Source: an uncultured Acidobacteriota bacterium
GTDB taxonomy: Bacteria > Acidobacteriota > UBA6911
Length of the DNA: 64,000 nt
Direction of reading: 5' to 3'
NCBI GenBank assembly: GCA_964534795.1
Contig: CAZHQK010000022.1
Coordinates: 384 to 64,383 of the forward strand
Shown here: positions 40,300 through 48,965 of the stretch, piece after piece
Layout of the letters: the number at the start of each line of letters is the position of its first letter
How positions within the stretch are numbered: the stretch's first letter is position 1
The notes under the pieces: model-generated
Database searches by the model: none
What the model was told of the DNA's origin: nothing
What the model saw: only the letters and a program-made list of their open reading frames with translations
Program-made: the position numbers and the translations under genes

Positions 40300-41673
40300 A
40301 TGAAGACCGCTTATGCTTGCATCGCGTCACTGGCGCTTGCGGCCTGGGCTTTCGCCCGCCAGGCGGAAAGCCCGGCCAGGCCGCCGCAGGGGCTGGATCC
40401 GGCGATACAGAAGATCGTCGCGGAAATCTCCGAGGAACGCATCGTCGCGATTCTGAAGAAGCTGGAGAGCTTCGGGACGCGCCACACGCTTTCCGATCCC
40501 GGCCAGCCGAACCGCGGCGTGGGGGCGGCCAGGCAGTGGATTTTCGACGAGTTCCGCAGTTACAGCCCGCGCCTGGAAGTGAGCTTCGATACCTACCAGG
40601 TGCCCAGGGGCGGGCGCGTGTTCAAGGACGTCGAGGTGCGCAACGTCATGGCCGTGCTTCCCGGCAAGTCCGACAGGGAACGCTGGGTCATGATCGGCGG
40701 GCATTACGATTCGCTCAATCTGCGGGTGCCCGCGGAGCTGCGTTCCGATCCCGCCAAGGCCGCCGAGATCGACGCGCCCGGTGTGACGGACAACGCCAGC
40801 GGCACCGCCTGCGTCATGGAATGCGCGCGCGTCATGAGCCGCTACGAGTTCGACGCCACCCTGGTTTTCGTGGCCTTCGTGGGCGAGGAGCAGGGGCTGA
40901 TCGGTGCGCGCCATCTCGCGCGCCGGCTGCGCGAGCGCAATCAGACCGTGGAGGCGCTGCTCAACAACGACATCATCGGCAGCGTGGTCGCCGGCAATGG
41001 CGCCATGGAAAACCGGCGCGTCCTGGTTTTCTCCGAGGACCCCGCCGACTCGCCCTCGCGCCAGCTCGCCCGCTTCATCCGCCTGATCGGCGCGCGCTAC
41101 CATCCGGAGTTCGCGGCCGACCTCATTTTCCGCAGCGACCGCTTCGGCCGCGGCGGCGACCACACGCCCTTCAACGAGGAAGGTTACGCCGCCGTGCGCT
41201 TCACCACGCCCAGCGAGAACTATGCGAACCAGCACAGCCCGACGGACAACTTCGCCAACACCTCGCCCGGATACATCGTGCAGGTGACCCGCCTGAACGC
41301 CGCGGCCGCCGCGGCCATGGCCCTGGCGCCCCGGCCGCCGATCACCGTCGCGGAAGGCGAGGCCGAGGCGGGCGCGGCGGCAGCCGGCCGGACGCGCGGC
41401 GCCCGGGCGGGCCTCGGGCGCGGGGAGGGTTACGATGCGGTGCTGCGCTGGGATTATGCGGGGCCGGAAGACGACCTGGCGGGTTTCATCGTCGTCGTGC
41501 GGGCGACGACGGCGCCCGACTGGGAGCGGGAGATCTGGGTGGGCAACGTGCGCGAGTTCACCATGAAAAACACCCCGATCGATCAGCTCGTCTTCGGCGT
41601 CAAGGCAGTTGACCGCGACGGCCACGAGAGCCCGGTGTCGGCATACTACACTCCGTTGCGGCGTGCGCGCTGA
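40300..41673 (+). CDS. Secreted M28 family peptidase
   Basis: Signal peptide; GGHYDS, DNASG, GEEQGL, NNDIIG, GGDH. Confidence 0.9.
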   Translation: MKTAYACIASLALAAWAFARQAESPARPPQGLDPAIQKIVAEISEERIVAILKKLESFGTRHTLSDPGQPNRGVGAARQWIFDEFRSYSPRLEVSFDTYQVPRGGRVFKDVEVRNVMAVLPGKSDRERWVMIGGHYDSLNLRVPAELRSDPAKAAEIDAPGVTDNASGTACVMECARVMSRYEFDATLVFVAFVGEEQGLIGARHLARRLRERNQTVEALLNNDIIGSVVAGNGAMENRRVLVFSEDPADSPSRQLARFIRLIGARYHPEFAADLIFRSDRFGRGGDHTPFNEEGYAAVRFTTPSENYANQHSPTDNFANTSPGYIVQVTRLNAAAAAAMALAPRPPITVAEGEAEAGAAAAGRTRGARAGLGRGEGYDAVLRWDYAGPEDDLAGFIVVVRATTAPDWEREIWVGNVREFTMKNTPIDQLVFGVKAVDRDGHESPVSAYYTPLRRAR

Positions 41674-41735
41674 ACTGTGGGCTTGGAACAATAAGCTTAC
41701 GGTCCGGCACGGCGTGCCGGAACTACCTGCGATCC

Positions 41736-41838
41736 GGCCCCGGCAGGGGCCCTGAGCGGGTAGCCGGGGGTGAGCCGCAGGCGAACCCCCGGAAAGGAGC
41801 GTATCGATAAGCCGAGCCCCGGAGGGCCGGCAGACCTT
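41736..41838 (-). repeat. Family C element (inverted orientation)
   Basis: Reverse complement of 31086-31186 with few mismatches. Confidence 0.9.
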
Positions 41839-42085
41839 CGTACCCGTGCCGGCCCTAGCAGCGCCTCAGGGCGGTGAGGATCCCGCAAGGGGTCCGACAG
41901 GAATGCCCGGAGCGCAAGCTCCGGCCCGGGCTCGAAAAGCGCACGTTTGCGGTTGTCTCGCGGGGCCCGATACACTATGCTAGGGTCCGGCCGGCGTGCG
42001 GGCTGTGCCTTGCTTGATGTTTTGCAGTGGTGCCGGCCAGCCGTATAAGGTAATCCGTTCGACACGACTACTTAGGGAGTTCGTT

Positions 42086-43396
42086 ATGGCGAAACTGAAA
42101 GAGATACTGCGCGAGAAGATCGAAGCCTGGCGGCCGCGGACGGCGCGCCTGGTGAAGGAATACGGCAACGTCAAGGTGGGCGAGGTGACCATCGGCCAGG
42201 TCATCGGCGGCGCCCGGGACGTGCGCTGCCTGGTCACCGACATATCGTACCTGGACCCCAACGAGGGGATCCGCTTCCGCGGCATGACGATTCCGGAAGT
42301 CCTGGAAAAGCTGCCCAAGGTCCCCGGGAGCGAGATGCCCTTCGTGGAAGGACACCTGTGGCTTCTGCTGACGGGCGACATTCCCACGCTGGAAGAGGCC
42401 AAGAGCCTGACCGAAGAGTTCAACCGGCGCCAGCAGATCCCGCAATACGTCATCGACGTCCTGCGGGCCATGCCGCGCGACACCCACCCGATGACGATGC
42501 TGTCGGCCGCGATCGTGGCGATGCAGCGGGAGTCCATCTTCGTGCAGCGGTACAACCAGGGGATGCACCGCAACGACTACTGGGATCCCACATATGAAGA
42601 TTCGATGAACCTGCTCGCCAAGCTGCCCGGTATCGCGGCTTACATTTACCGCATGAAGTACCGCAGCGACACGATCATTCCCCCCGACCCTGACCTGGAC
42701 TTCGGAGGCAACTTCGCCCACATGATGGGCATCCCGAAGCCATACGACGATGTCTCCAGGCTCTACTTCATCCTGCACAGCGACCATGAAAGCGGCAACG
42801 TGAGCGCCCACGCCGGGCATCTGATCGCGAGCGCGCTTTCGGACGTCTACTACGCCATTTCCGGGATGGTCGACGGCCTGGCGGGGCCGCTGCACGGCCT
42901 GGCCAACCAGGAAGTGCTGCGCTGGATCCAGGGCGTGATGGATAAGATGGGCGGCCGGGTCCCGACCGACGAGGAGATGCGCCAGTTCGTCTGGGATACC
43001 CTCAAGGCGGGGCAGGTGATCCCCGGTTACGGGCATGCCGTGCTGCGCAAGACCGACCCGCGCTACATGGCGCAGCGCGAGTTCTGCCTGAAGCACATGC
43101 CGGACGATCCGCTCTTCAAGTACGTGGACATTCTCTTCCGCGTGGTGCCGCCCGTGCTCCTGGAGCAGGGCAAGGCGAAGGATCCCTGGCCCAACGTCGA
43201 CGCGCAGTCGGGCGTCATTCAGTGGTACTACGGCGTCAAGGAGTACGACTTCTATACGGTGCTCTTCGCCGTCGGCCGCGCGCTCGGCGTGACCTCGAAC
43301 ATCATCTGGGACCGCGGGCTGGGATATCCGATCGAGCGGCCCAAGTCCGTGACCACGGAAATGCTGGAAAAACTCGCGGCCGAGTCGAAGAAGTAG
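42086..43396 (+). CDS. gltA: Citrate (Si)-synthase, eukaryotic-like type
   Basis: HSDHESGNVSAH, GLAGPLHGLANQE, PGYGHAVLRKTDPR, WPNVDA, IERPKS. Confidence 0.93.
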   Translation: MAKLKEILREKIEAWRPRTARLVKEYGNVKVGEVTIGQVIGGARDVRCLVTDISYLDPNEGIRFRGMTIPEVLEKLPKVPGSEMPFVEGHLWLLLTGDIPTLEEAKSLTEEFNRRQQIPQYVIDVLRAMPRDTHPMTMLSAAIVAMQRESIFVQRYNQGMHRNDYWDPTYEDSMNLLAKLPGIAAYIYRMKYRSDTIIPPDPDLDFGGNFAHMMGIPKPYDDVSRLYFILHSDHESGNVSAHAGHLIASALSDVYYAISGMVDGLAGPLHGLANQEVLRWIQGVMDKMGGRVPTDEEMRQFVWDTLKAGQVIPGYGHAVLRKTDPRYMAQREFCLKHMPDDPLFKYVDILFRVVPPVLLEQGKAKDPWPNVDAQSGVIQWYYGVKEYDFYTVLFAVGRALGVTSNIIWDRGLGYPIERPKSVTTEMLEKLAAESKK

Positions 43397-43483
43397 CCGG
43401 TCGGCGCAAGCGTGAGGCAAGGGATGCCCGGGCATCCCTTGCCCTCACACCGCGCGCCCCGCAGCGGTGCGCGGCCGGACGCC

Positions 43484-44467
43484 ATGTTCGAGGATTTCGC
43501 CTCGGTACTGTTTCCCGTTTCCGGTGTCCGGGTTTCCATGTTCGTGCCCCCGCTGGTCGCTTTTGCGATCTCGGCCGTCACTTCCACGGCCGGGGTCTCG
43601 GGGGCGTTTCTCATTCTGCCCTTCCAGGTCAGCTGGCTGCGCTATACCGCCCCCTCGGTGAGCGCGACCAACTTTGTATACAACCTGGTGGCGATTCCGG
43701 GCGGCGTGTATCGCTATATCCGCGAAGGCCGCATGGCCTGGCCGCTGACCTGGGTTGTGACCGCAGGGACGCTGCCGGGGGTGTTTTTCGGCTACTGGCT
43801 GCGCGTTCGCTACCTGCTCGATCCGCGCAATTTCAAGGCCTTCGTCGGCTGCGTGCTGCTGTATCTCGGGCTGCGCCTCCTGGCCGACGTCGCCGGCCGG
43901 GCCCACAGGCCGGCGACGCAGACGGCGGCGCTCGAGGAGAAATTCCGGCGCCATGCGGAAGAGGCGGCACGCGGGCGGGGGGCGCCCCTGGCGGCCGGTT
44001 TGCCTCCGGCGGCCGTGGTGCGAACGAAATCCGTCACGCTTGAAAGGGTTGTCTACGAATTCTGGGGCCAGGAGTTTTCCTTCAGTACCCCCGCGATGTT
44101 CGCGCTGGCCCTGATCGTCGGGGTGATCGGCGGAGCCTACGGCATCGGCGGCGGCGCCATGATCGCGCCGATCTGCGTGGCTCTCTTCCGGCTGCCGGTC
44201 TATACCGTCGCGGGCGCCGCGCTCATGGGGACCTTTCTCACCTCGGCCGCCGGCGTGATCTTCTACAGCCTCGTCCCGCTGCAGGCCGGCGTTTCCCATG
44301 CGCCCGACTGGCTGCTGGGAATCCTGTTCGGCCTCGGCGGCATCCCGGGGATGTATTGCGGCGCCCGGCTGCAGAAATTCCTCCCGCAGAAGTACCTCAA
44401 GCTCGTGCTCGGCTGCCTGATTACCTTTCTGGCAGTGAATTACCTGCGGCAGTATTTCCAGCACTGA
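43484..44467 (+). CDS. TauE/SafE (TSUP) family transporter
   Basis: GVSGAF.ILP and YGIGGG..IAP repeats; multi-TM. Confidence 0.9.
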   Translation: MFEDFASVLFPVSGVRVSMFVPPLVAFAISAVTSTAGVSGAFLILPFQVSWLRYTAPSVSATNFVYNLVAIPGGVYRYIREGRMAWPLTWVVTAGTLPGVFFGYWLRVRYLLDPRNFKAFVGCVLLYLGLRLLADVAGRAHRPATQTAALEEKFRRHAEEAARGRGAPLAAGLPPAAVVRTKSVTLERVVYEFWGQEFSFSTPAMFALALIVGVIGGAYGIGGGAMIAPICVALFRLPVYTVAGAALMGTFLTSAAGVIFYSLVPLQAGVSHAPDWLLGILFGLGGIPGMYCGARLQKFLPQKYLKLVLGCLITFLAVNYLRQYFQH

Positions 44468-44509
44468 GACTTCTTCCGATCCGCAGCCCGCAGCGGCGCG
44501 ACTTTGCCG

Positions 44510-44538
44510 TTGCATCCTCGCCCGCGACTGCATATCTT
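44510..44538 (+). promoter_or_regulatory. sigma70-type promoter upstream of pfk
   Basis: TTGCAT-17 nt-TATCTT. Confidence 0.5.
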
Positions 44539-44608
44539 GTAGCATTTTTGCAGAGCGGTTATGATGATTCAGCCTGCATCGGGCGGAAATCGTCAACGGA
44601 GTGTCATT

Positions 44609-45805
44609 ATGAACCGATCGAAAAAAGGCATTATCGCGATTCTTACCGGCGGCGGCGACGTGCCCGGCCTCAACCCGGCGATCCGCGCCATCACCATCCG
44701 CGCCCTGCGCGAGGGATACGAAGTCATAGGCATCCGGCGCGGGTGGGCGGGACTGATCGAGATCGTCCCGGACAAGGACGCCGACAACCGCGACCGCTAC
44801 CAGGTCCTCACGGAAGAGATAGTCAACAAAGCCGGCAGGACCGGCGGCACCTTCCTGCACACCTCGCGCACACGGCCGAGCCACGTCGGCCGGAAGGATG
44901 TTCCGGATCATCTGCGGGACGAGTACAAGGACGACATCAACGACCTGACCCCCGACGTGCTGAAGAATCTCGATTTTCTCAAGGTGGACTACCTCATCCC
45001 CATCGGGGGCGACGACACGCTGAGCTACGGCGTGCGCCTGCATCAGGAAGGGGTCAAGGTCATCGCCATTCCCAAGACGATGGACAACGATGTGCCGGGA
45101 ACCGACTACTGCATCGGCTTCAGCACTTGCGTCACGCGCACCATCGAGATGACGCACAAGCTGCGCACCTCGGCGGGGTCGCACGAGCGCTTTCTTGTAA
45201 TCGAGGTGTTCGGGCGCTATGCCGGATTCACCGCGCTGCTGCCGACCATGGCCGGGGCGGCCAACCGCTGCGTCATACCCGAATACAAGTTCAACATCGA
45301 GCGCCTGACCGAGCTGCTGGCCGAAGACCGTTACACCAATCCGAGCAAGTATTCGGTCGTGATCGTCTCCGAAGGCGCGACCTTCGAAGGCAGCGAAATG
45401 GTCTTCGCCAGCCACGAGCAGGACGCGTACGGCCACAAGAAGCTGGGCGGCATCGGCGATCTGGTTTCCGAGCGCCTCAAGGAGCTGTCGCCGAAATTCA
45501 CCGGCGGCAAGCGCATCGACGTCATCAACCAGCGGCTGGGCTACCTGGTGCGCTGCGGCGACCCGGACGCGATCGATTCGATCGTGCCGATGGCGTTCGG
45601 CAACCTGGCTCTGGATCTCATCCTGCAGAACGTCCACGGCAGGCTCGTGATCCTGAAGGACGGCAAGTATCACAACGCGCCCATCGAGGTGGTCACGAGC
45701 TCGAAGAAGGTCGTCAACGTCGAGAAGTATTACAATACCGAGCGCCTGCGCCCCCACTACAAGAGCTTCGAGGCCAAGCCCCTTTTCATCATGGCCAGCG
45801 ATTAA
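44609..45805 (+). CDS. pfkA: 6-phosphofructokinase, likely PPi-dependent signature
   Basis: TGGGDVPGLN, GGT.L.TSR, GGDDT, PKTMDND, E.FGR.AG. Confidence 0.9.
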   Translation: MNRSKKGIIAILTGGGDVPGLNPAIRAITIRALREGYEVIGIRRGWAGLIEIVPDKDADNRDRYQVLTEEIVNKAGRTGGTFLHTSRTRPSHVGRKDVPDHLRDEYKDDINDLTPDVLKNLDFLKVDYLIPIGGDDTLSYGVRLHQEGVKVIAIPKTMDNDVPGTDYCIGFSTCVTRTIEMTHKLRTSAGSHERFLVIEVFGRYAGFTALLPTMAGAANRCVIPEYKFNIERLTELLAEDRYTNPSKYSVVIVSEGATFEGSEMVFASHEQDAYGHKKLGGIGDLVSERLKELSPKFTGGKRIDVINQRLGYLVRCGDPDAIDSIVPMAFGNLALDLILQNVHGRLVILKDGKYHNAPIEVVTSSKKVVNVEKYYNTERLRPHYKSFEAKPLFIMASD

Positions 45806-45838
45806 TTTCGGTGACAGGCTACTCAACCCCGAAACTCC
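45805..45838 (+). repeat. Family A repeat, left of RAYT
   Basis: ATTTCGGTGACAGGCTACTCAACCCCGAAACTCC. Confidence 0.92.
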
Positions 45839-46524
45839 GTCGCGAGCGGGCTGCGATTCCGCGGTGGCGGGCCCCGTTTTTTCGGCCGGAGCAACCTCCC
45901 GGTGAGCTCTTCCAGCTTGTCGATGAAGCTGTTGCTTCCATAAGGGCGGCCGGTTCTGGTTGCCAGACGAAGGGGCTCATGGTCGCAAGGGCTGTCTATG
46001 CCCCCTTGGAGAAAGATCTTCCATCGGGACGGATCGAAACCGCTTTTCCAGCATTCCATGTCGAGCCATCCCGTGTCGTCGATACCGTTCGCGTGGGCAT
46101 AGGCACTGGACCACGGCCAGTCCCATGGGTACCGGACCAGACGGGCGCGCACGGGATTGAGTTCGATGTAACGCAGCGCTTCCCAGAAGTGCTGCTCGTC
46201 GAGGGGGCAGGAGAAAAACCGATTCTGCCATAGGTGACCGGTCAGGTTGCGCTCGATTTGCTGCCACCGCGCGAAGTCGTTGTGCAACCGGCCGACCCCC
46301 TTGGCCAGCGACGTCGGGCGCCCGGGTATCAACAGATAGTGAACGTGGTTGGGCATGAGCACATAGCCAACCACCCGGATCTGATACAGAGCGAAGTACT
46401 TCCTAGCGAGCGCGAGATAGAGGATCCGCTCGTCGTCGGTGAAAAAGACAGTTTGCCGGTGGTTGCCGCGTTGGGTGACATGGTGCGGGCAACCGGGGAT
46501 CACGATACGTGCAAAACGTGTCAT
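45823..46524 (-). CDS. REP-associated tyrosine transposase (RAYT, IS200-like Y1)
   Basis: HHVTQRGN, LMPNHVH (HUH), HLWQNRF, YIELNPVRA, W.WSS. Confidence 0.92.
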   Translation of the reverse strand: MTRFARIVIPGCPHHVTQRGNHRQTVFFTDDERILYLALARKYFALYQIRVVGYVLMPNHVHYLLIPGRPTSLAKGVGRLHNDFARWQQIERNLTGHLWQNRFFSCPLDEQHFWEALRYIELNPVRARLVRYPWDWPWSSAYAHANGIDDTGWLDMECWKSGFDPSRWKIFLQGGIDSPCDHEPLRLATRTGRPYGSNSFIDKLEELTGRLLRPKKRGPPPRNRSPLATEFRG

Positions 46525-46561
46525 CACCGTTATTGTTTGCCGACCCCATCGATTCTTTCAG

Positions 46562-46595
46562 GGAGTTTCGGGGTTGAGTAGCCTGTCACCGAAAT
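46562..46595 (-). repeat. Family A repeat, right of RAYT
   Basis: GGAGTTTCGGGGTTGAGTAGCCTGTCACCGAAAT, exact reverse complement of the left copy. Confidence 0.92.
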
Positions 46596-46597
46596 AT

Positions 46598-47980
46598 ATG
46601 GCGGAGGGGGAGGGGCCGCTGCTGCAATTCCTCCTGGGCGCGCTCCCGGGGTGGAAGCGCGCGACCGTCAAGGAGCGCCTGCGGCGCGGGGCCGTGCGCG
46701 TGAACGGCGTTGCGGTCACGCGCCACGACCATGCGCTCAAGGCCGGGGATGTCGTCGAAGTCCTGCCCGGGCGCATGGCACCCGGCGGCGAGGACCGCCG
46801 CGCGCGCATCCGCCTCCTTTACGATGACCGCGATCTCGTCGCCATCGACAAGCCCGCCGGGTTGCTTTCCGTGGCCACCGAAAGGGAGCACGAACGCACC
46901 GCCATGCGCCTGACGCGCCGCCTGCTGCAGGAGCGCGGAGCGCGCCGCTCGCAGCGCCTGTGGGCGGTGCACCGCCTGGATCGGGAGACTTCGGGGGTAC
47001 TGCTGTTCGCCAAGTCGCGCGCCGTGCAGCAGCAGCTGCGCGCGAACTGGAAAGATGTCGAAAAGACCTACCTGGCGATCGTGCGCGGCGTACCCGCGCG
47101 GGTGTCGGGAAGGATCGCGGCGCGCCTGCGCCAGGGCAGGGACCTGCGGGTGTACGCCGAGCCGGGCGCCAGGGATGCGAAGCCGGCGGCGACGCGCTAT
47201 AGGGTTCTCGCAACGCTGCGCGATTACGCAATGCTGGAGATTGCGCCCGAAACCGGCAGGAAGCACCAAATCCGCGTCCACCTGGCTGCAGCAGGCCATG
47301 CCGTGGCAGGGGATCCGCTATACGGCGCGGGCGACGATCCTGTCGGGCGCCTGGCCCTGCATGCCCACCGTCTGTGCTTCACTCACCCCCGCACCGGCGA
47401 GAGGATCTCGCTCACAAGCCCGCTGCCCGGGGCGATGGCGGAATTCGTGAGCCGCCGCCGGAAGCCGCCGGATGCAGGCGGCGGTAGACTTGTCTACCTC
47501 GGGCTGGGTTCCAACCATGATGCCGTGCGCAAGCTGCGGTCCGCGGTACGGCTCCTGCGCGAAAAGACCGGCCTGCTCGCGCTGTCGCCCGTCTACCGGA
47601 CGGAAGCCTTCGGTGATGCGGGGGGCAGGGATTATCTCAATGCGGTGGCCGTGATCGAAACCGGGCTCGACCTTTCCCGGCTGAAAAGCGGCGTGCTCGA
47701 GCCGATCGAGAAGCTTCTGGGACGCGTGCGCGACGATCCCGCGCGCGTCGCGATCGACCTCGATCCCCTTCTGATCGTATCGCGGGAAACGGGGCGCGAA
47801 GAATGGGTGTGCGACCCCCGGCGTCTCGACCGGCCGTATGTGCTGGTGCCGCTGGCCGACGTGGCCGCCGGCACCCGTCACCCCCTCACGGGCGAGCCGA
47901 TCGGCAGGGTCGCCGCCCGTGTCCGGAAAGAACGCGGCATGCGCCCGGTGCCGGATGTCTTGCCCGAGCCGGGCCGCTAG
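46598..47980 (+). CDS. RluA-family pseudouridine synthase fused to FolK (HPPK)-like domain
   Basis: S4 domain, KPAGL, HRLDRETSG, TGRKHQIRVH, GD..YG, LHA; then YLGLGSN, SPVY.TE, YLNAV, IDLD, VLVPLADV. Confidence 0.85.
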   Translation: MAEGEGPLLQFLLGALPGWKRATVKERLRRGAVRVNGVAVTRHDHALKAGDVVEVLPGRMAPGGEDRRARIRLLYDDRDLVAIDKPAGLLSVATEREHERTAMRLTRRLLQERGARRSQRLWAVHRLDRETSGVLLFAKSRAVQQQLRANWKDVEKTYLAIVRGVPARVSGRIAARLRQGRDLRVYAEPGARDAKPAATRYRVLATLRDYAMLEIAPETGRKHQIRVHLAAAGHAVAGDPLYGAGDDPVGRLALHAHRLCFTHPRTGERISLTSPLPGAMAEFVSRRRKPPDAGGGRLVYLGLGSNHDAVRKLRSAVRLLREKTGLLALSPVYRTEAFGDAGGRDYLNAVAVIETGLDLSRLKSGVLEPIEKLLGRVRDDPARVAIDLDPLLIVSRETGREEWVCDPRRLDRPYVLVPLADVAAGTRHPLTGEPIGRVAARVRKERGMRPVPDVLPEPGR

Positions 47981-48489
47981 GGCGCGAGATAACGCTCCTG
48001 CAGCATCCGGATGTGGTGCCGCTCGTGGCCCGCGATGATGCAGCCGAGCGCCAGCACGCTGAGCTCCACCTGGTTGGCCACACCCTTGCGCGCGAGCATC
48101 TCCGGCGTGAAGCTCGCGAACAGGTCGACGGTCGAGGCGCGCAGGCGCGCCATTTCCCCGGCCAGGCGGGCGATGGAGCGCGCTGCCGCATTGGACTCGG
48201 GCACGTAGAGGTCCTGGTCGTAGCCGGGAAGCGGCGCCGGGTCGTTGCGTGCGAAGCGGAGCGCGCGGCAGCCGAAGATGCGCTCGCCGTCCATGAGATG
48301 GCACAGTACCTCGGCGATGCTCCACTTCCCGTCGGCATAACGAAAGGCGGCCTTTTCCTCCGGGATTGCGGACACGACCGACTGCGCGTGCGCGCCCGAG
48401 GCCTTCAGGGCTTCGAGGACATCGCCTTCCGTTACCAGGCGGACATAGTTTCTGTAAAACGGCGGTACGCTGTCGATATCCACCAGCAT
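47977..48489 (-). CDS. DinB/YfiT family protein
   Basis: YADGKWS..EV..H..D.E, LPGYDQD, AGHERHH; GGGAGG RBS. Confidence 0.9.
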   Translation of the reverse strand: MLVDIDSVPPFYRNYVRLVTEGDVLEALKASGAHAQSVVSAIPEEKAAFRYADGKWSIAEVLCHLMDGERIFGCRALRFARNDPAPLPGYDQDLYVPESNAAARSIARLAGEMARLRASTVDLFASFTPEMLARKGVANQVELSVLALGCIIAGHERHHIRMLQERYLAP

Positions 48490-48672
48490 TGCGGTTGCCT
48501 CCCGGCGGGAGCCCGTCGAATCCTCCCGCCGCACGATTATGCCCTGCCGCATGACGCTTTCCAACCCTCTCGTGTCGCCGGAAGCGCAAAAATCGTTTTA
48601 CATCCCGGCCCGCGCGCATCATGATCGTGGGGGCGACTTCATTGCAGCGTTCGCCGAGGTGCGGCAAAGGCC

Positions 48673-48948
48673 ATGAAGGTCGGATTGATCGGTTGCGGGG
48701 CGATCGGAACCACCGTGGCGCTGGCGATCGCCGAGGGGCGGATCCCCGGCGTCGAGCTGCTGGGCATCGCCGATCCGGCGGCGGCGCGCAACGTCCACGA
48801 AATATTCGTGCGCGGAGCCTTCGGCGAAGCGGCCGTCCGCCTCGCGAACCTGCCGAACCCGGCCAATCCCAGATCCAGCTATCTGGCAGGGCTTTCCGTG
48901 ATCGCGACGCTGCGGGAGCTGGGCGGGACCCTGCACATCGGAACCTGA
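48673..48948 (+). pseudogene. nadX: L-aspartate dehydrogenase with large in-frame internal deletion
   Basis: N-terminal MKVGLIGCGAIG joined at IADP to C-terminal RNVHEI.V.G.FG...N.P.P.NP.SS.LA..S...L.IGT. Confidence 0.8.
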
Positions 48949-48965
48949 GGCCGAGGAGCGGCGCT

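Larger units (their letters stand above)
45805..46595 (-). mobile_element. RAYT (Y1/HUH) transposase unit bounded by 34-bp perfect inverted repeats
   Basis: IRs 45805-45838 and 46562-46595 enclose a single transposase gene. Confidence 0.85.

Noticed and set aside
43445-45826. 793-aa minus ORF starting in a family A repeat
   Set aside because: Shadow of tauE and pfk; the start is an artifact of the repeat.
45795-46605. Target-site duplication around the RAYT unit
   Set aside because: Flanks (GCGATTA / ATATGG) share no convincing direct repeat, consistent with HUH chemistry.
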